Source: Treponemataceae bacterium (lineage in GTDB: Bacteria > Spirochaetota > Spirochaetia > Treponematales > Rectinemataceae). From it: a stretch of 64,000 nucleotides of DNA. The notes beneath the pieces are model-generated. The model did not search any database. It worked only from the letters and a program-made list of their open reading frames with translations, and had not been told where the DNA came from. The first letter of the stretch is position 1; the number at the start of each line of letters is the position of its first letter. Shown here piece after piece: positions 34,851-44,645 of this stretch. The stretch lies in assembly GCA_963678065.2 (NCBI GenBank), contig CAXXVZ010000003.1, positions 1,472,001 to 1,536,000 of the forward strand, written 5' to 3'. The translations under genes were made by a program, and so were the position numbers.

Positions 34851-37466
34851 ATGAGAACTAGGCCTGCTTCGAAGTGTCTTGTTTTTTTGGCTGCGCTCAT
34901 CGCGATGGGGTTCTTCTCGGGCTGTCCGATTCTCTCGAGTCTGATTCCAAAACCGGAAACGGGTACTCTGGATTTCAGCATCGCGGACGGCTCCGGTTCG
35001 AAGACACTCGACCCTGGTATAGACAGAACGGTCGCAAAATTTACTGTGACAGGGTCGGGCCCCTCCGGAGCTTCGTTCGCGCTGACCGACATTGCCGGTG
35101 GTGCTCATTCCAAAGGCGATCTTGCTGCGGGGGCTTGGTCGATTCGTGCGACAGGGAAGAATGCGGCGGGAGATGAGATTGTCGAAGACTCCGAGAATAT
35201 CACCATAACGGCGGGCAGTAGTACGGCAGTAACGCTGAACTGCCTTCCTATTACCGGGAACGGTGCACTATCTCTCGAACTGTCGTGGCCGATCGGTACA
35301 ATAGGCAATCCCGCAATCGATGCAAAGCTCACATCCCCTTCCGGAAGCGTACAGACGGTAGCGATGAGTATCTCCGGCACCGCCGCAACTGGAACGCGGT
35401 CCGGAATCGCGAATGGATTCTACACCCTGAGCATCAAATTGAAGGATATGGCGTACGATGGGCATCTCTCCTGGTCGAAGACAGAAACGGTGCTTATCAT
35501 GGCCGGAAAGACGACAACCGGCCGATGGGTCCTGACCGGGTCCGACCTCTCCCTTATCTCCACGGGTGGCATCTCGATCGGCATTACGAGCGACTCGAAG
35601 CAACCTATCGCAGTGAGTCTTTCGGGTACTGTACCGACCATCGATCCTGCAAGCCCTGTTACCGTGACTGCATCAGGTGTTCCGACGCCCGACTCATGGC
35701 AATGGTATCTGGATGGAGACCGGATGACCGGGCAGACCTCAGCCTCGATAACCATTGGTTCGAGTTTCGCTTCGGGCATGCACTCGCTCGATGTCATCGC
35801 AAAAAAAGGCGAGGTCTTTGGATCTTCCGGATTCCGTTTCCGGATCGGCTCGGGCTCGGTCCCGACAGGTTTCGCCTATACTCCTGCGACGCCGGTCTAC
35901 AAGGTTGATTTCGCCGGGCAGTCATCGAAAACGATAAGCGTCTCGGGAGCAGCCGGAAAGGCCCTGTATATGGTCAAGACGAATGCATCTTCATCCGCGG
36001 TGGCGGCATCGGATACCGGCGCGGCTCCGAGTGCCTCTTCCGGATATGCATCCAGAGAAAACATACCAGTAATGCTGACAAGGTTTCCTGATAAACCATA
36101 CAGGATCGATCATGCCGAAGCGACGAGATTCAACGAGAATCCGCCTCCGATTCTAAACCGAAGAGAGATCATGATTCCGGGAGCGAATCCGGTGATTCAT
36201 TACGGCGCAGGAGATCCTGCGTACACGGTCGATTCGACGATCAAGAATTTCTGGGTGGAAAATGCGAGCGGGGGATGGATCAGCATACCGGCAACCCTCA
36301 GAGCGATAGGCAGCTACTGCTACATCTGGGTCGCGAATGACAATTTCGCCAACTCTTCGACCGTCGCGAACGACAACAAGCTCACTTCCTCACAGATATC
36401 TTTCCTGAAGGAGAAGTTCGACGGTACACCGGCATCATCGTACAACAACGGAATATTCAAGAATGTGACGGGCATCTTTGGGTATGAATTCGGTGGTGGA
36501 GCTTCAGGAGGCGGGGGAAGAGACGCCGACCAGCACGTTGCAATCCTTGTATATGACATAGACTATGATTATTCGCCCTCTCAGAACAGCGGTGTCGTCG
36601 GGTATTTCTGGTCCAAGGATTATTTTTCTCAGGAAGAGCTTGCAGGCTGGGGATATTCGATCAAGACGAATTATTCCGAGATATGCTATATCGACTCGCA
36701 CTTCTCCGACAGGTATACAAACTACATCGTTTCCACGCTCGCCCATGAATATCAGCACATGATCAACTTCAACGAGAAGAGTGTGAAATGGGATCGGGAT
36801 TCTCCGGCATGGTCCAACGAAATGTGCTCGATGGTGGCGGAGGACCTGACCCTCGCAAACGTCGGCCTCGACCCAGCCGTGTATGGCGCACAGGATAGAC
36901 TTCCCGGATTCACCTATCACTACGCCGAATCCGGAGTCATCGACTGGTTGCCTGGATACGATGTAATGAAGAGCTATGCCGGAGCTTTCGCGTTCGGCGC
37001 TTATCTTGAGCGAAACTACGGCGGCGCGGATCTCTTCTCCCGCATCGCATTGAATAACTCCGTAGGACAGGCATCTATTACGGCAGCGCTGTCATCTGCC
37101 GGTTATTCCGAGACCTTCGAGACGGCTTTCAAAAAATATGGAGAAGCCCTGGTCTTCACGGACAGACCCGCCGGATCGAGCGTAAAAACCCTAAAAACCG
37201 GAGACACCAGCACCGTCGGAGGCATTTCCTATACCGTTGCTCCGATCGATCTCGCCACTATCCAGAACTACGATCTCGCATCGTCGAGATGGGTGCCCGG
37301 ATCCTTCGGAACGCGAATCTACGACATGGGCACTGCGGTTTCGCTACGGCCATTCGGATGCTCCATCCACTCGGGGGCTTCGTGGCAATCGCTTCCCGCG
37401 ACCGCATCCATCACCCTGAATGCCCCGACCGACACCAGTGTAGCGATGTACTTGATGGTCAAGTGA
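34851..37466 (+). CDS. Lipoprotein with Ig-like stalk and M30 (hyicolysin-like) zinc metallopeptidase domain
   Basis: Lipobox FSGC; GYFWSKD, STLAHEYQHMINF and W.NE..SMVAED motifs. Confidence 0.75.
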   Translation: MRTRPASKCLVFLAALIAMGFFSGCPILSSLIPKPETGTLDFSIADGSGSKTLDPGIDRTVAKFTVTGSGPSGASFALTDIAGGAHSKGDLAAGAWSIRATGKNAAGDEIVEDSENITITAGSSTAVTLNCLPITGNGALSLELSWPIGTIGNPAIDAKLTSPSGSVQTVAMSISGTAATGTRSGIANGFYTLSIKLKDMAYDGHLSWSKTETVLIMAGKTTTGRWVLTGSDLSLISTGGISIGITSDSKQPIAVSLSGTVPTIDPASPVTVTASGVPTPDSWQWYLDGDRMTGQTSASITIGSSFASGMHSLDVIAKKGEVFGSSGFRFRIGSGSVPTGFAYTPATPVYKVDFAGQSSKTISVSGAAGKALYMVKTNASSSAVAASDTGAAPSASSGYASRENIPVMLTRFPDKPYRIDHAEATRFNENPPPILNRREIMIPGANPVIHYGAGDPAYTVDSTIKNFWVENASGGWISIPATLRAIGSYCYIWVANDNFANSSTVANDNKLTSSQISFLKEKFDGTPASSYNNGIFKNVTGIFGYEFGGGASGGGGRDADQHVAILVYDIDYDYSPSQNSGVVGYFWSKDYFSQEELAGWGYSIKTNYSEICYIDSHFSDRYTNYIVSTLAHEYQHMINFNEKSVKWDRDSPAWSNEMCSMVAEDLTLANVGLDPAVYGAQDRLPGFTYHYAESGVIDWLPGYDVMKSYAGAFAFGAYLERNYGGADLFSRIALNNSVGQASITAALSSAGYSETFETAFKKYGEALVFTDRPAGSSVKTLKTGDTSTVGGISYTVAPIDLATIQNYDLASSRWVPGSFGTRIYDMGTAVSLRPFGCSIHSGASWQSLPATASITLNAPTDTSVAMYLMVK

Positions 37467-37777
37467 TCCCGCGGAGGAGTTTCCGTTCTCGGGTCATAAT
37501 ACTGTTTTTCAAGGAGTTGCAGGCTTAGGGAGAGAAGGAGCTTTCAGTCAAGCATATTGAGGAAGATAAAGGGGTATTCAGTGGGTGACGCTCATCGGAG
37601 CCCATGTCTCCTCGAAGACTGATGAACTCGTATGGGTGGGTACTCTGAGCGCTGCTGGCCCGGTGGACAACACATCGACATCAAGTTTTCTCGACGTGTT
37701 GGCCGCCGGTCTCTGATCAACTGCAACTGTGCTCCGTCCGGATAGGCCGGAACATTCTGAAAGGATACAGGAAAATT

Positions 37778-38929
37778 ATGAATAATTCGATTCGGTTTAA
37801 AATCGCGCTGGAGCGCTCCATTTTTTCAGCAATAGCAATAATCATTTTTCCCCTTTCGTTTGTGAGCTGTGACATGATCACCGGAGTAATGAATCCCCAC
37901 TCGACCACTACCACAAGTACGACAACTACGACCAGCACAACCACAACAATTCCAATCGTACATGCAACCGGTGCAGTCTGGCATGATTTTGATGATTATT
38001 CTCCAAAACCAAGCATGTGGACCGAGTCTTCCCTCTCGCTGTTGCCGCCGCCGTCCAGTATCCCTGGGTATGGGTGGGCATTCGATACCCATTTTTCATC
38101 TTCTGAAACCATAATTGTCGGCTTCAATACGGTTAACAATGGAGGCTACTGGCAGGATGGTGTATGGGTTTCGTTGGGCGACTTCTCTGTCATACCGAAC
38201 GGCGGTTCATTGAATGGACCTTACTGTGCTGTTGCCGCTTCTGAGATATATTTTGTCGGCCGAAAAGGTACAGGCGAAGGCGGTTATTTCAGAAATGCTG
38301 CTTGGCATTCGCTACCAACACTGCCGGGCACAATATCCGTCTCACCTTTAGGCGTTGTTCTCGTTGGAAGCGATCTGTACATCTCTGGCAATTGCTTTGA
38401 TGAAAGGGGAATGAAACATCCCTGTTATTGGAAAAACGATTCGGTTCATAGGCTGCCGGTCCTGGCTGATGCAAAAGAATCAAGTGCAGGAAGTATCTTT
38501 ATTGCAGATGGTATAATTTACAGTGCAGGCTGGCATCGTATTGAAGGTGAAATTATTGAAGTCGGTTATTGGAAGAATAACACCTGGATAAAAATGGACA
38601 GACAGACGAACCAAGTCGATTTTGAGACTTCGTCAATAGCTGTCTCCAGAGGTAAAGTATATCTGGGCATCTCAAGTCAAAGTCTCGTAAGTGGTGGATG
38701 TGGATATTTTGAGGACTCCTTCTGGAATCCATTGTCGATGAATGATGGGAAAATCCCCCATCTCATGTCGCTTTCGGTTTTCGGCAGCGATGTATATGTC
38801 GCCGGGTGCTACATCTCGGATGATTTCGCATCCGCGCTGCCGGGGTATTGGAAAAACAGAGAGTGGCACGAAGCTGTTTGTCCGGAAGAGTATCCTTTTG
38901 GTATAGTGTGCTCAGTCTCGTTGAAATAA
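37778..38929 (+). CDS. Lipoprotein with Thr-rich linker and YWKN propeller-like repeats
   Basis: Lipobox FVSC, poly-Thr, repeated D(L/V)Y(I/V)xG...YWKN units. Confidence 0.7.
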   Translation: MNNSIRFKIALERSIFSAIAIIIFPLSFVSCDMITGVMNPHSTTTTSTTTTTSTTTTIPIVHATGAVWHDFDDYSPKPSMWTESSLSLLPPPSSIPGYGWAFDTHFSSSETIIVGFNTVNNGGYWQDGVWVSLGDFSVIPNGGSLNGPYCAVAASEIYFVGRKGTGEGGYFRNAAWHSLPTLPGTISVSPLGVVLVGSDLYISGNCFDERGMKHPCYWKNDSVHRLPVLADAKESSAGSIFIADGIIYSAGWHRIEGEIIEVGYWKNNTWIKMDRQTNQVDFETSSIAVSRGKVYLGISSQSLVSGGCGYFEDSFWNPLSMNDGKIPHLMSLSVFGSDVYVAGCYISDDFASALPGYWKNREWHEAVCPEEYPFGIVCSVSLK

Positions 38930-38931
38930 CT

Positions 38932-38971
38932 GCCTTCCGCGTGCTGCCACGCGGAAGGCTTCTGTCGTTTT
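38932..38971 (+). terminator. Stem-loop terminator between convergent genes
   Basis: GCCTTCCGCGTG-loop-CACGCGGAAGGC followed by a T-rich tract. Confidence 0.7.
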
Positions 38972-39045
38972 TGATCGGATTGTGATAGAAATTGTCAGGA
39001 GAGACGCACCTTAGTCCCGCACTTTTGGCACTTCCAGTGCCCGAC

Positions 39046-39495
39046 TTATTCTTTTCCTGGCGGTAGTCCCTTCCCTTCCGAAAAGAAGCTCACTCCTATA
39101 ATCCCCGCGATCAGTCCAACGATTTCCGGTATGATGCCGAATTCAAACCGGAATCCGACCTCCTTGAGTGGGATTTTCTCTCCCATGAAATCGATTCCCG
39201 ATGATTCGGCGTACACGTATGACACGACTATCGTTCCGATTGCGATGATACCACCCCACGAAAAAAGATCTTTCCGCTCATACAGTTTTTTTGTGCTGTT
39301 GAAATAGAAAAATGCCACGGTGAGAAAAACAGCAATTGCAAGAACTATCCACAACACAGGGAATCGGTTCGAGAGTTGCACTCCGGAATATCGCTCGAGA
39401 GTCTGCCCTGAGCATTGTATGCCAGCCCAGGGAAGGGAAAATGATATTACGGCGATTCCAAAACCGGCAGGACTGATGAATTTTTTGTTTTCCAT
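39046..39495 (-). CDS. Hypothetical 4-TM membrane protein
   Basis: FSLPW...SG pattern, four hydrophobic segments, GAGG RBS. Confidence 0.65.
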   Translation of the reverse strand: MENKKFISPAGFGIAVISFSLPWAGIQCSGQTLERYSGVQLSNRFPVLWIVLAIAVFLTVAFFYFNSTKKLYERKDLFSWGGIIAIGTIVVSYVYAESSGIDFMGEKIPLKEVGFRFEFGIIPEIVGLIAGIIGVSFFSEGKGLPPGKE

Positions 39496-39615
39496 GGTAT
39501 CCTCGGTAATACATACACTGCGTATAAAAGTGATGCAGCCGTTGATGGAGACTCAATGGCTGCATCATTATGAAAAATTGGATCAATCGTTTTTGAATAC
39601 ACATCGTGTGGCATG

Positions 39616-40449
39616 TCAGATATCCCGTGTAACCTTCTGTACTTTAAAGATGAACTCTCCTTTTTTGAGAATGGTATTGGCTTGATCGACCTGAACGGGA
39701 ACCTCGAAAATCCCGAGAGTCCCTTTTTCAAGATAGGTCACCTTATTGCTGACGCTGTCATAGGCAACTCCCCCATCGAAGAATGCGAAGCCCTTGAAAG
39801 TCTCTCCTGGAAGAATGAATGAATCAGGGTCGTTGATCACCTTGAATTTCTTGTTCATCCCATATTTGGTCATCGCAAGACCATTGTAGATATTCATATA
39901 GACTTTCCAGGGGGTAACTGTCGGTATCAGCTTGGTCCTGTGCTTGATGATCTCCGCTTCAGCTGCGTTATTCATGAAATCGAATGTTCCCTGCTTGTCA
40001 AGACTGGTGAAGCGCTCCCCATCGGGCGTGATGAATCCGGCCCGGAGATCACGCATCTGGATTGTCCCTTTAGTATTGTTCGTGATAGAGATCTTGAATG
40101 TGTTCAGTCCGGCAGAGATCGGGAAAAAATAGTATTTCTTGTTGTTGTAAAAAAACATGTCCTGCATCCAGTATTGATAGACATTGTCACGCTTCATCTG
40201 CGCTTCGAGCTTGTCCTGGGGAATGCCGAGCATGGCTTCGAGATCGCTGTCCGCAAAGAAACGTTTCCAGCTATCGGTGGCAACATATTTTGCCGTAATG
40301 GTCACACCGTCGACGGTTATCGATGCGACCTCGCCAGAATCGAATTCATAGGTTTCGACTTTTTGTGGGACAACAGGCTTTGTGGCACACGATGCGAGGA
40401 GGACGACAAAAAAAAGCGAAAAAATGCAGATCCGTGCAGCACGTTTCAT
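39616..40449 (-). CDS. Hypothetical lipoprotein
   Basis: Lipobox LASC; C-terminal ILPGETFKGFAFF Ig-like pattern. Confidence 0.65.
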   Translation of the reverse strand: MKRAARICIFSLFFVVLLASCATKPVVPQKVETYEFDSGEVASITVDGVTITAKYVATDSWKRFFADSDLEAMLGIPQDKLEAQMKRDNVYQYWMQDMFFYNNKKYYFFPISAGLNTFKISITNNTKGTIQMRDLRAGFITPDGERFTSLDKQGTFDFMNNAAEAEIIKHRTKLIPTVTPWKVYMNIYNGLAMTKYGMNKKFKVINDPDSFILPGETFKGFAFFDGGVAYDSVSNKVTYLEKGTLGIFEVPVQVDQANTILKKGEFIFKVQKVTRDI

Positions 40450-40501
40450 TGAGTGTACCTCTTTATGGTGGGAATTGGGTCTGATCATGGTATCAAGCCG
40501 A

Positions 40502-40924
40502 TTATTCGGTCATCTTTGTGAATGTGAATTTGGTCTTCCCGATGCTTCCGCCCGCATTCATGGCAAGCGTAAGGGTCGAACCAACGATCTTCGCTTCATA
40601 GGGATATGTACTGTAAAGGGTATTCTGAAGGGAGAACACCATACCGAGGTTCGTAATCGTGACTTTGTTTTTCTCAACCGAGTATTTGAAATTGTCAGTA
40701 AAGAGATCATTCTTGGCCACCGCGGAACCGTCGGCATTAAATGTATATTTCTCGGGAGAAGTTGTTGGTAGCGTCGTTTTCTCGCTGTCTATTTCATATT
40801 CCACCAGTTTCCACGTACCGGTGATGTCGATATCCTTCGTCAGCCCCAAGAGATCACAGCCAGTAATGGCAAGACAGCCAAAAAGAAAAAAGAAAATTCT
40901 CCAAAATTTGATGTCGTTTTTCAT
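40502..40924 (-). CDS. Lipocalin-like lipoprotein
   Basis: Lipobox ITGC; ITGTWKL and YTFNADGS motifs; AAGGAGG RBS. Confidence 0.7.
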   Translation of the reverse strand: MKNDIKFWRIFFFLFGCLAITGCDLLGLTKDIDITGTWKLVEYEIDSEKTTLPTTSPEKYTFNADGSAVAKNDLFTDNFKYSVEKNKVTITNLGMVFSLQNTLYSTYPYEAKIVGSTLTLAMNAGGSIGKTKFTFTKMTE

Positions 40925-41295
40925 GTATTCCTCCTTGTGATGGTGTGAATGCAGCGAAACCACAGTCGTGAAACGGCTTTTCCGTCCTCCTTCAATAGTC
41001 AGATATCAATCGATTGGTGATATCGATAGTGCAAGTATTTAATACCGTGCCTCGTAGTGAGTGGTATCGGTGAAGATGGAATAGTGAACGGCCTGTATGG
41101 GAAGTGTCATAGGAAAATCTTTACATACCCCGGACACGTGTCACAGGTGTACAAGGAAGGGCATCGGCAGGCAGACGGAAATCTACATACGAAGTAATAA
41201 AAAAAGGTAATCATGGTTTCTTTTGAATCACGACCGCAGTACAATCGGAATGAGCATTTCGCAATCCGATGTCAGGTAGTCGTAAGGGAAAATCC

Positions 41296-44094
41296 ATGGT
41301 GAAATCAATCAAAACCGTGCATGAGCTTATAAACGAAGGCCGCATCCTCATCGAGGCGCGAAAATTCAGGGATGCCCACTTGTGCTTCATGGAGGCACGG
41401 GAGCGGGCGCTATCCGATACGGAGAGGGCGTATGCGGTGCTGGGCGTGGAAGAATGTGAACTGCACCTTCGCCTCGCAGTGGAGGACGGAGGGGAAGAAC
41501 TCGAATCGGCTCTTTCTGTTTTCACAGAGCGGGGAGACCATAAGGCTGAAGCTTGGGCACATATCTGCCTCGGAATCAGGAAACAGGCCACGCAAGATCT
41601 TGTCGGAGTGATAGATCTGCTCGAGGCAGGCCGCGCTGCCGCATGTGCGGGGAATGACAGGGAGGCGGAGGCAAGGGCACTTCTCGACATCGCCGCCATC
41701 CTCACTTTCAGGCGGCTTCCAGGCGATGCGGATCGCATGATGAAAGCCTTTGAACGCGGCTACGATCTGGCCGCGAAAGGTGACGCCTATGAGAGGACTG
41801 TTTCCGAAGCCGCACGGGGCATAGTCCGGTACACCTCCGGAGATCTCGCAAGCTCGGCCTCCGGTTACAGAGCCGCCACGGAAGGCTTCTCGAGCCTCGG
41901 CATGCCGGAGCAGGCCCTCGAGACCTCCGTTGCCCTTGGCGTGACCCTCCTGCGATCAGGCGCACGAGAGGAGGCGGAGCGGACCTTCCGGAAAACCGCG
42001 GAACTTGGGAGCTCACTCGACAGGAACATCGAGACGGGCGTGGCGCTCATGTACCTCGGACAGATGGCGGAGGGTTCCGGGCGCTTTTCCGAGGCATTCT
42101 CAAACTATTCCAGAGCAGAAGATAAATTGGCAAACGAGAACCACTACGGGGCGACGTTGAGGCTCGGACAGGCGCGCGCGCTGTGCGCCATGGGGCGATA
42201 CGCCGAAGTTGCCGGCAAACTCGATAGCGTCGCAGGATCGGCGACCGCGGCCGCCCGGATCTCGATTCCCATGATTCGGGCCATGGCGCTGTCGGGCGCC
42301 GGAAAGTACACGCAGGCGATTCGCGAGGCCGATATCGCGGTTGAGGAAGCCTCGGTTCAGGGAATGCCCCGACAGGAGGCCGAAGCCCGCGCCGTCCGTA
42401 TGGATTGCCTCCAAGCCTGCGGCGATTCAGTACGCGGCATGATGGACGCGGATGCCATTCTGGGCGTTCTTTCCGGATCCGCCCCGGCAACGACCCGGAG
42501 CGCCGCTCTGAGAGTCCGGGCCTCTGCATTCAGGACGAACGGAGATGTTGAATCAGCGATAGATCTCGCGAAAAAAGCCTGCTCCCTGCTTGTGGATGTG
42601 GATGCCCCGCTCGAATACGCGAGGGATAGCGCCGAACTCGGGCGCGCGCTTGCGGATTCCGGAGACAGCGAAGGGGCGGGAGAGGCCTTCCGCGTGGCCT
42701 GCACACGGGTTATGGAGGTGCGAAAAGATGCGCCTGAGTCCTATCGCCGGGATTTTCTCGATTCCATCCAGGAAATTTTCGCGGAACGCATCCGTTTTCT
42801 CGTGGACTCTGGCGATACTGCGGCGGCGTACAGAGAAGCTCTGCGCCTTCTTGCGCGCACCATGACCGAGCGTTTTGGCCTTACCGGAGAAGAAGAAGCC
42901 CCTGATCCCGGAACGAAGGCCGAGTTTGTCTTCCTGCCCTTGGGAAAGCGCTTCGCAACATTTGTCCGGACTGCGCGGGGATTGACCGCACGACTCATCG
43001 ATTCTGCCGAACTACTAGCGCTGGGTCCTACTGTGGCTACCATGTCCGATCACGGGGCTTTCAGGGGATTTTCGATCAAACAAACGGAAAAATCGCGAGA
43101 AACGATCGATCAGATTGCGGAAGCTGTTGCGCAATTCCGGGAAGCCCTGAGGATGAGAAAGACAAATATACCTGCTCTCGCCGCGGGCTTGTATGAAAAA
43201 CTTATCGCGCCTGCGGAATTTATCGCGGCAGACTGCCCAGTCTGGGTGATTTGCCCAGGGGGGGCATTCGCGGGTTTCCCGTTCGAAGCTCTTGAAGATT
43301 CCTTCGGCAAACGCATCATCGAACACAGGGAAATAGTCTACACAAAATCACCGCTGTTGGCATGCCGTGCGGAATCCGTACATGCAAACTCCGTACATGG
43401 GGCGGTTCTCGCCGTCGGAGACCCTTTGTCCGATGTGCATTCTGCGGCGAAGCCGCTAGAAGCGAAGGATACTGAAGCCGGTGGAGACTTTCCGACAGCG
43501 GCGGCGCGATTCATCGAACGGGCAGCGGATGCGGGACTCCCTCCCTTGCCTGGAGCGGCCCGAGAAGCAGAGGCCGCGTGCATGGGTGCGACCAAGTCAG
43601 AATTGCTCATTGGAGCCAACGCGACCAAGCGGCATTTCCTCGATTGCCTTCGTTCCGGGGAATGGGATACCCTCCACATTGCTGCCCACGCGCTTTACGC
43701 GGAATCGGGTAAGGAGGGAGCTATCCTCTTTCATCCGGATGGGGACAATATTTTGTCCACTCAGGAAATAGCCTCATTGTCGATCAACGTGCGGAGAGTC
43801 GTGCTATCTGCCTGCGCTTCCGCTTTGGGAAAGCCGTCCTGGAGCGAGGGGGCTTTCGGGCTCGTTGGAGCCTTCTTGGAGGCAGGGGCCAAAACGGTCT
43901 ACGCAACCCTCTGGCGCGTGCGCGACCTCCAAACAGCGGGATTCATGGAAAGGATGTACACGCTGGCTCGGGAATCGGGGCTCGGATTCGACGATGCATT
44001 TGCCGAATGCAAAAGACTGGCGGCATCCGGGGTGTGGGGGGCCGAATACGCTGATCCTGCGCTCTGGGCATCCTTCGTCCGTTATGGATTGTGA
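41296..44094 (+). CDS. TPR-CHAT (caspase-like) protease
   Basis: TPR-like helical repeats; PFEAL, LPGA..EA, LHIAAHA (His), VVLSACAS (Cys), TLWRV and P..WASF motifs; no signal peptide. Confidence 0.85.
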   Translation: MVKSIKTVHELINEGRILIEARKFRDAHLCFMEARERALSDTERAYAVLGVEECELHLRLAVEDGGEELESALSVFTERGDHKAEAWAHICLGIRKQATQDLVGVIDLLEAGRAAACAGNDREAEARALLDIAAILTFRRLPGDADRMMKAFERGYDLAAKGDAYERTVSEAARGIVRYTSGDLASSASGYRAATEGFSSLGMPEQALETSVALGVTLLRSGAREEAERTFRKTAELGSSLDRNIETGVALMYLGQMAEGSGRFSEAFSNYSRAEDKLANENHYGATLRLGQARALCAMGRYAEVAGKLDSVAGSATAAARISIPMIRAMALSGAGKYTQAIREADIAVEEASVQGMPRQEAEARAVRMDCLQACGDSVRGMMDADAILGVLSGSAPATTRSAALRVRASAFRTNGDVESAIDLAKKACSLLVDVDAPLEYARDSAELGRALADSGDSEGAGEAFRVACTRVMEVRKDAPESYRRDFLDSIQEIFAERIRFLVDSGDTAAAYREALRLLARTMTERFGLTGEEEAPDPGTKAEFVFLPLGKRFATFVRTARGLTARLIDSAELLALGPTVATMSDHGAFRGFSIKQTEKSRETIDQIAEAVAQFREALRMRKTNIPALAAGLYEKLIAPAEFIAADCPVWVICPGGAFAGFPFEALEDSFGKRIIEHREIVYTKSPLLACRAESVHANSVHGAVLAVGDPLSDVHSAAKPLEAKDTEAGGDFPTAAARFIERAADAGLPPLPGAAREAEAACMGATKSELLIGANATKRHFLDCLRSGEWDTLHIAAHALYAESGKEGAILFHPDGDNILSTQEIASLSINVRRVVLSACASALGKPSWSEGAFGLVGAFLEAGAKTVYATLWRVRDLQTAGFMERMYTLARESGLGFDDAFAECKRLAASGVWGAEYADPALWASFVRYGL

Positions 44095-44645
44095 TCGGCG
44101 CTGGAACGCACAAGACCGAGAGATTTCGGATCGAGGGCGAGGGGACGTTCTGACCGGCAATACCCTTCCGCTCCACGCCATTTTTCGTCGGGCAGAGTGT
44201 TCTCGGCAAGATCTCCCGCCGCAATGATGACGAGATGCGAATCGTCGATCCCATCCCAGACTAGATCCCCTGATCCCGGGACGCGCACATCCTTACCCGC
44301 AAGGGCCTGCCACTCCGTGAGGATCTCGGCCGGTCCTTCTTTCCCGGAACGGATGAGAAAACAGCGACAATCGCAGTCGGTGATAATATGAAGAGCGAAA
44401 TGTTTTTCGGCTTCCGCTGAATCGGACACCTCTACTCTCCACAAGAAAGGCAGGGGAAGGTCCTGTCCTCCTACGCGATCAGCAGCTGCAAAAAGGGCCA
44501 GAGCTGTCGCCCGCACAGAAGCGGAGAGTGATCGGGATGGATCCGGAGTGATGGGAGCGTTGGGCATAAACATAGTGTAAAGCCCTCCCTCATGCATGTA
44601 AAGCTGGACCCGGGACCTGGCCATGAGGCTGGATGGCGGATTCAT
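44082..44645 (-). CDS. Hypothetical protein with DUF4384-like domain
   Basis: Start coupled to the regulator stop (ATGA); FALHI.TDCDCRCFLI..G..G.AEIL....AGKDVRVP...LVIIAA recalls DUF4384. Confidence 0.5.
   Translation of the reverse strand: MNPPSSLMARSRVQLYMHEGGLYTMFMPNAPITPDPSRSLSASVRATALALFAAADRVGGQDLPLPFLWRVEVSDSAEAEKHFALHIITDCDCRCFLIRSGKEGPAEILTEWQALAGKDVRVPGSGDLVWDGIDDSHLVIIAAGDLAENTLPDEKWRGAEGYCRSERPLALDPKSLGLVRSSADHNP

Noticed and set aside
37619..37650. CTGATGA hammerhead ribozyme core
   Set aside because: No GAAA after the potential stem II and no stem III/cleavage triplet arrangement.
41296..44094. CHAT as the maturation protease of the lipoprotein pilins
   Set aside because: It has no signal peptide and is likely cytoplasmic, whereas the lipoproteins would be processed after export.
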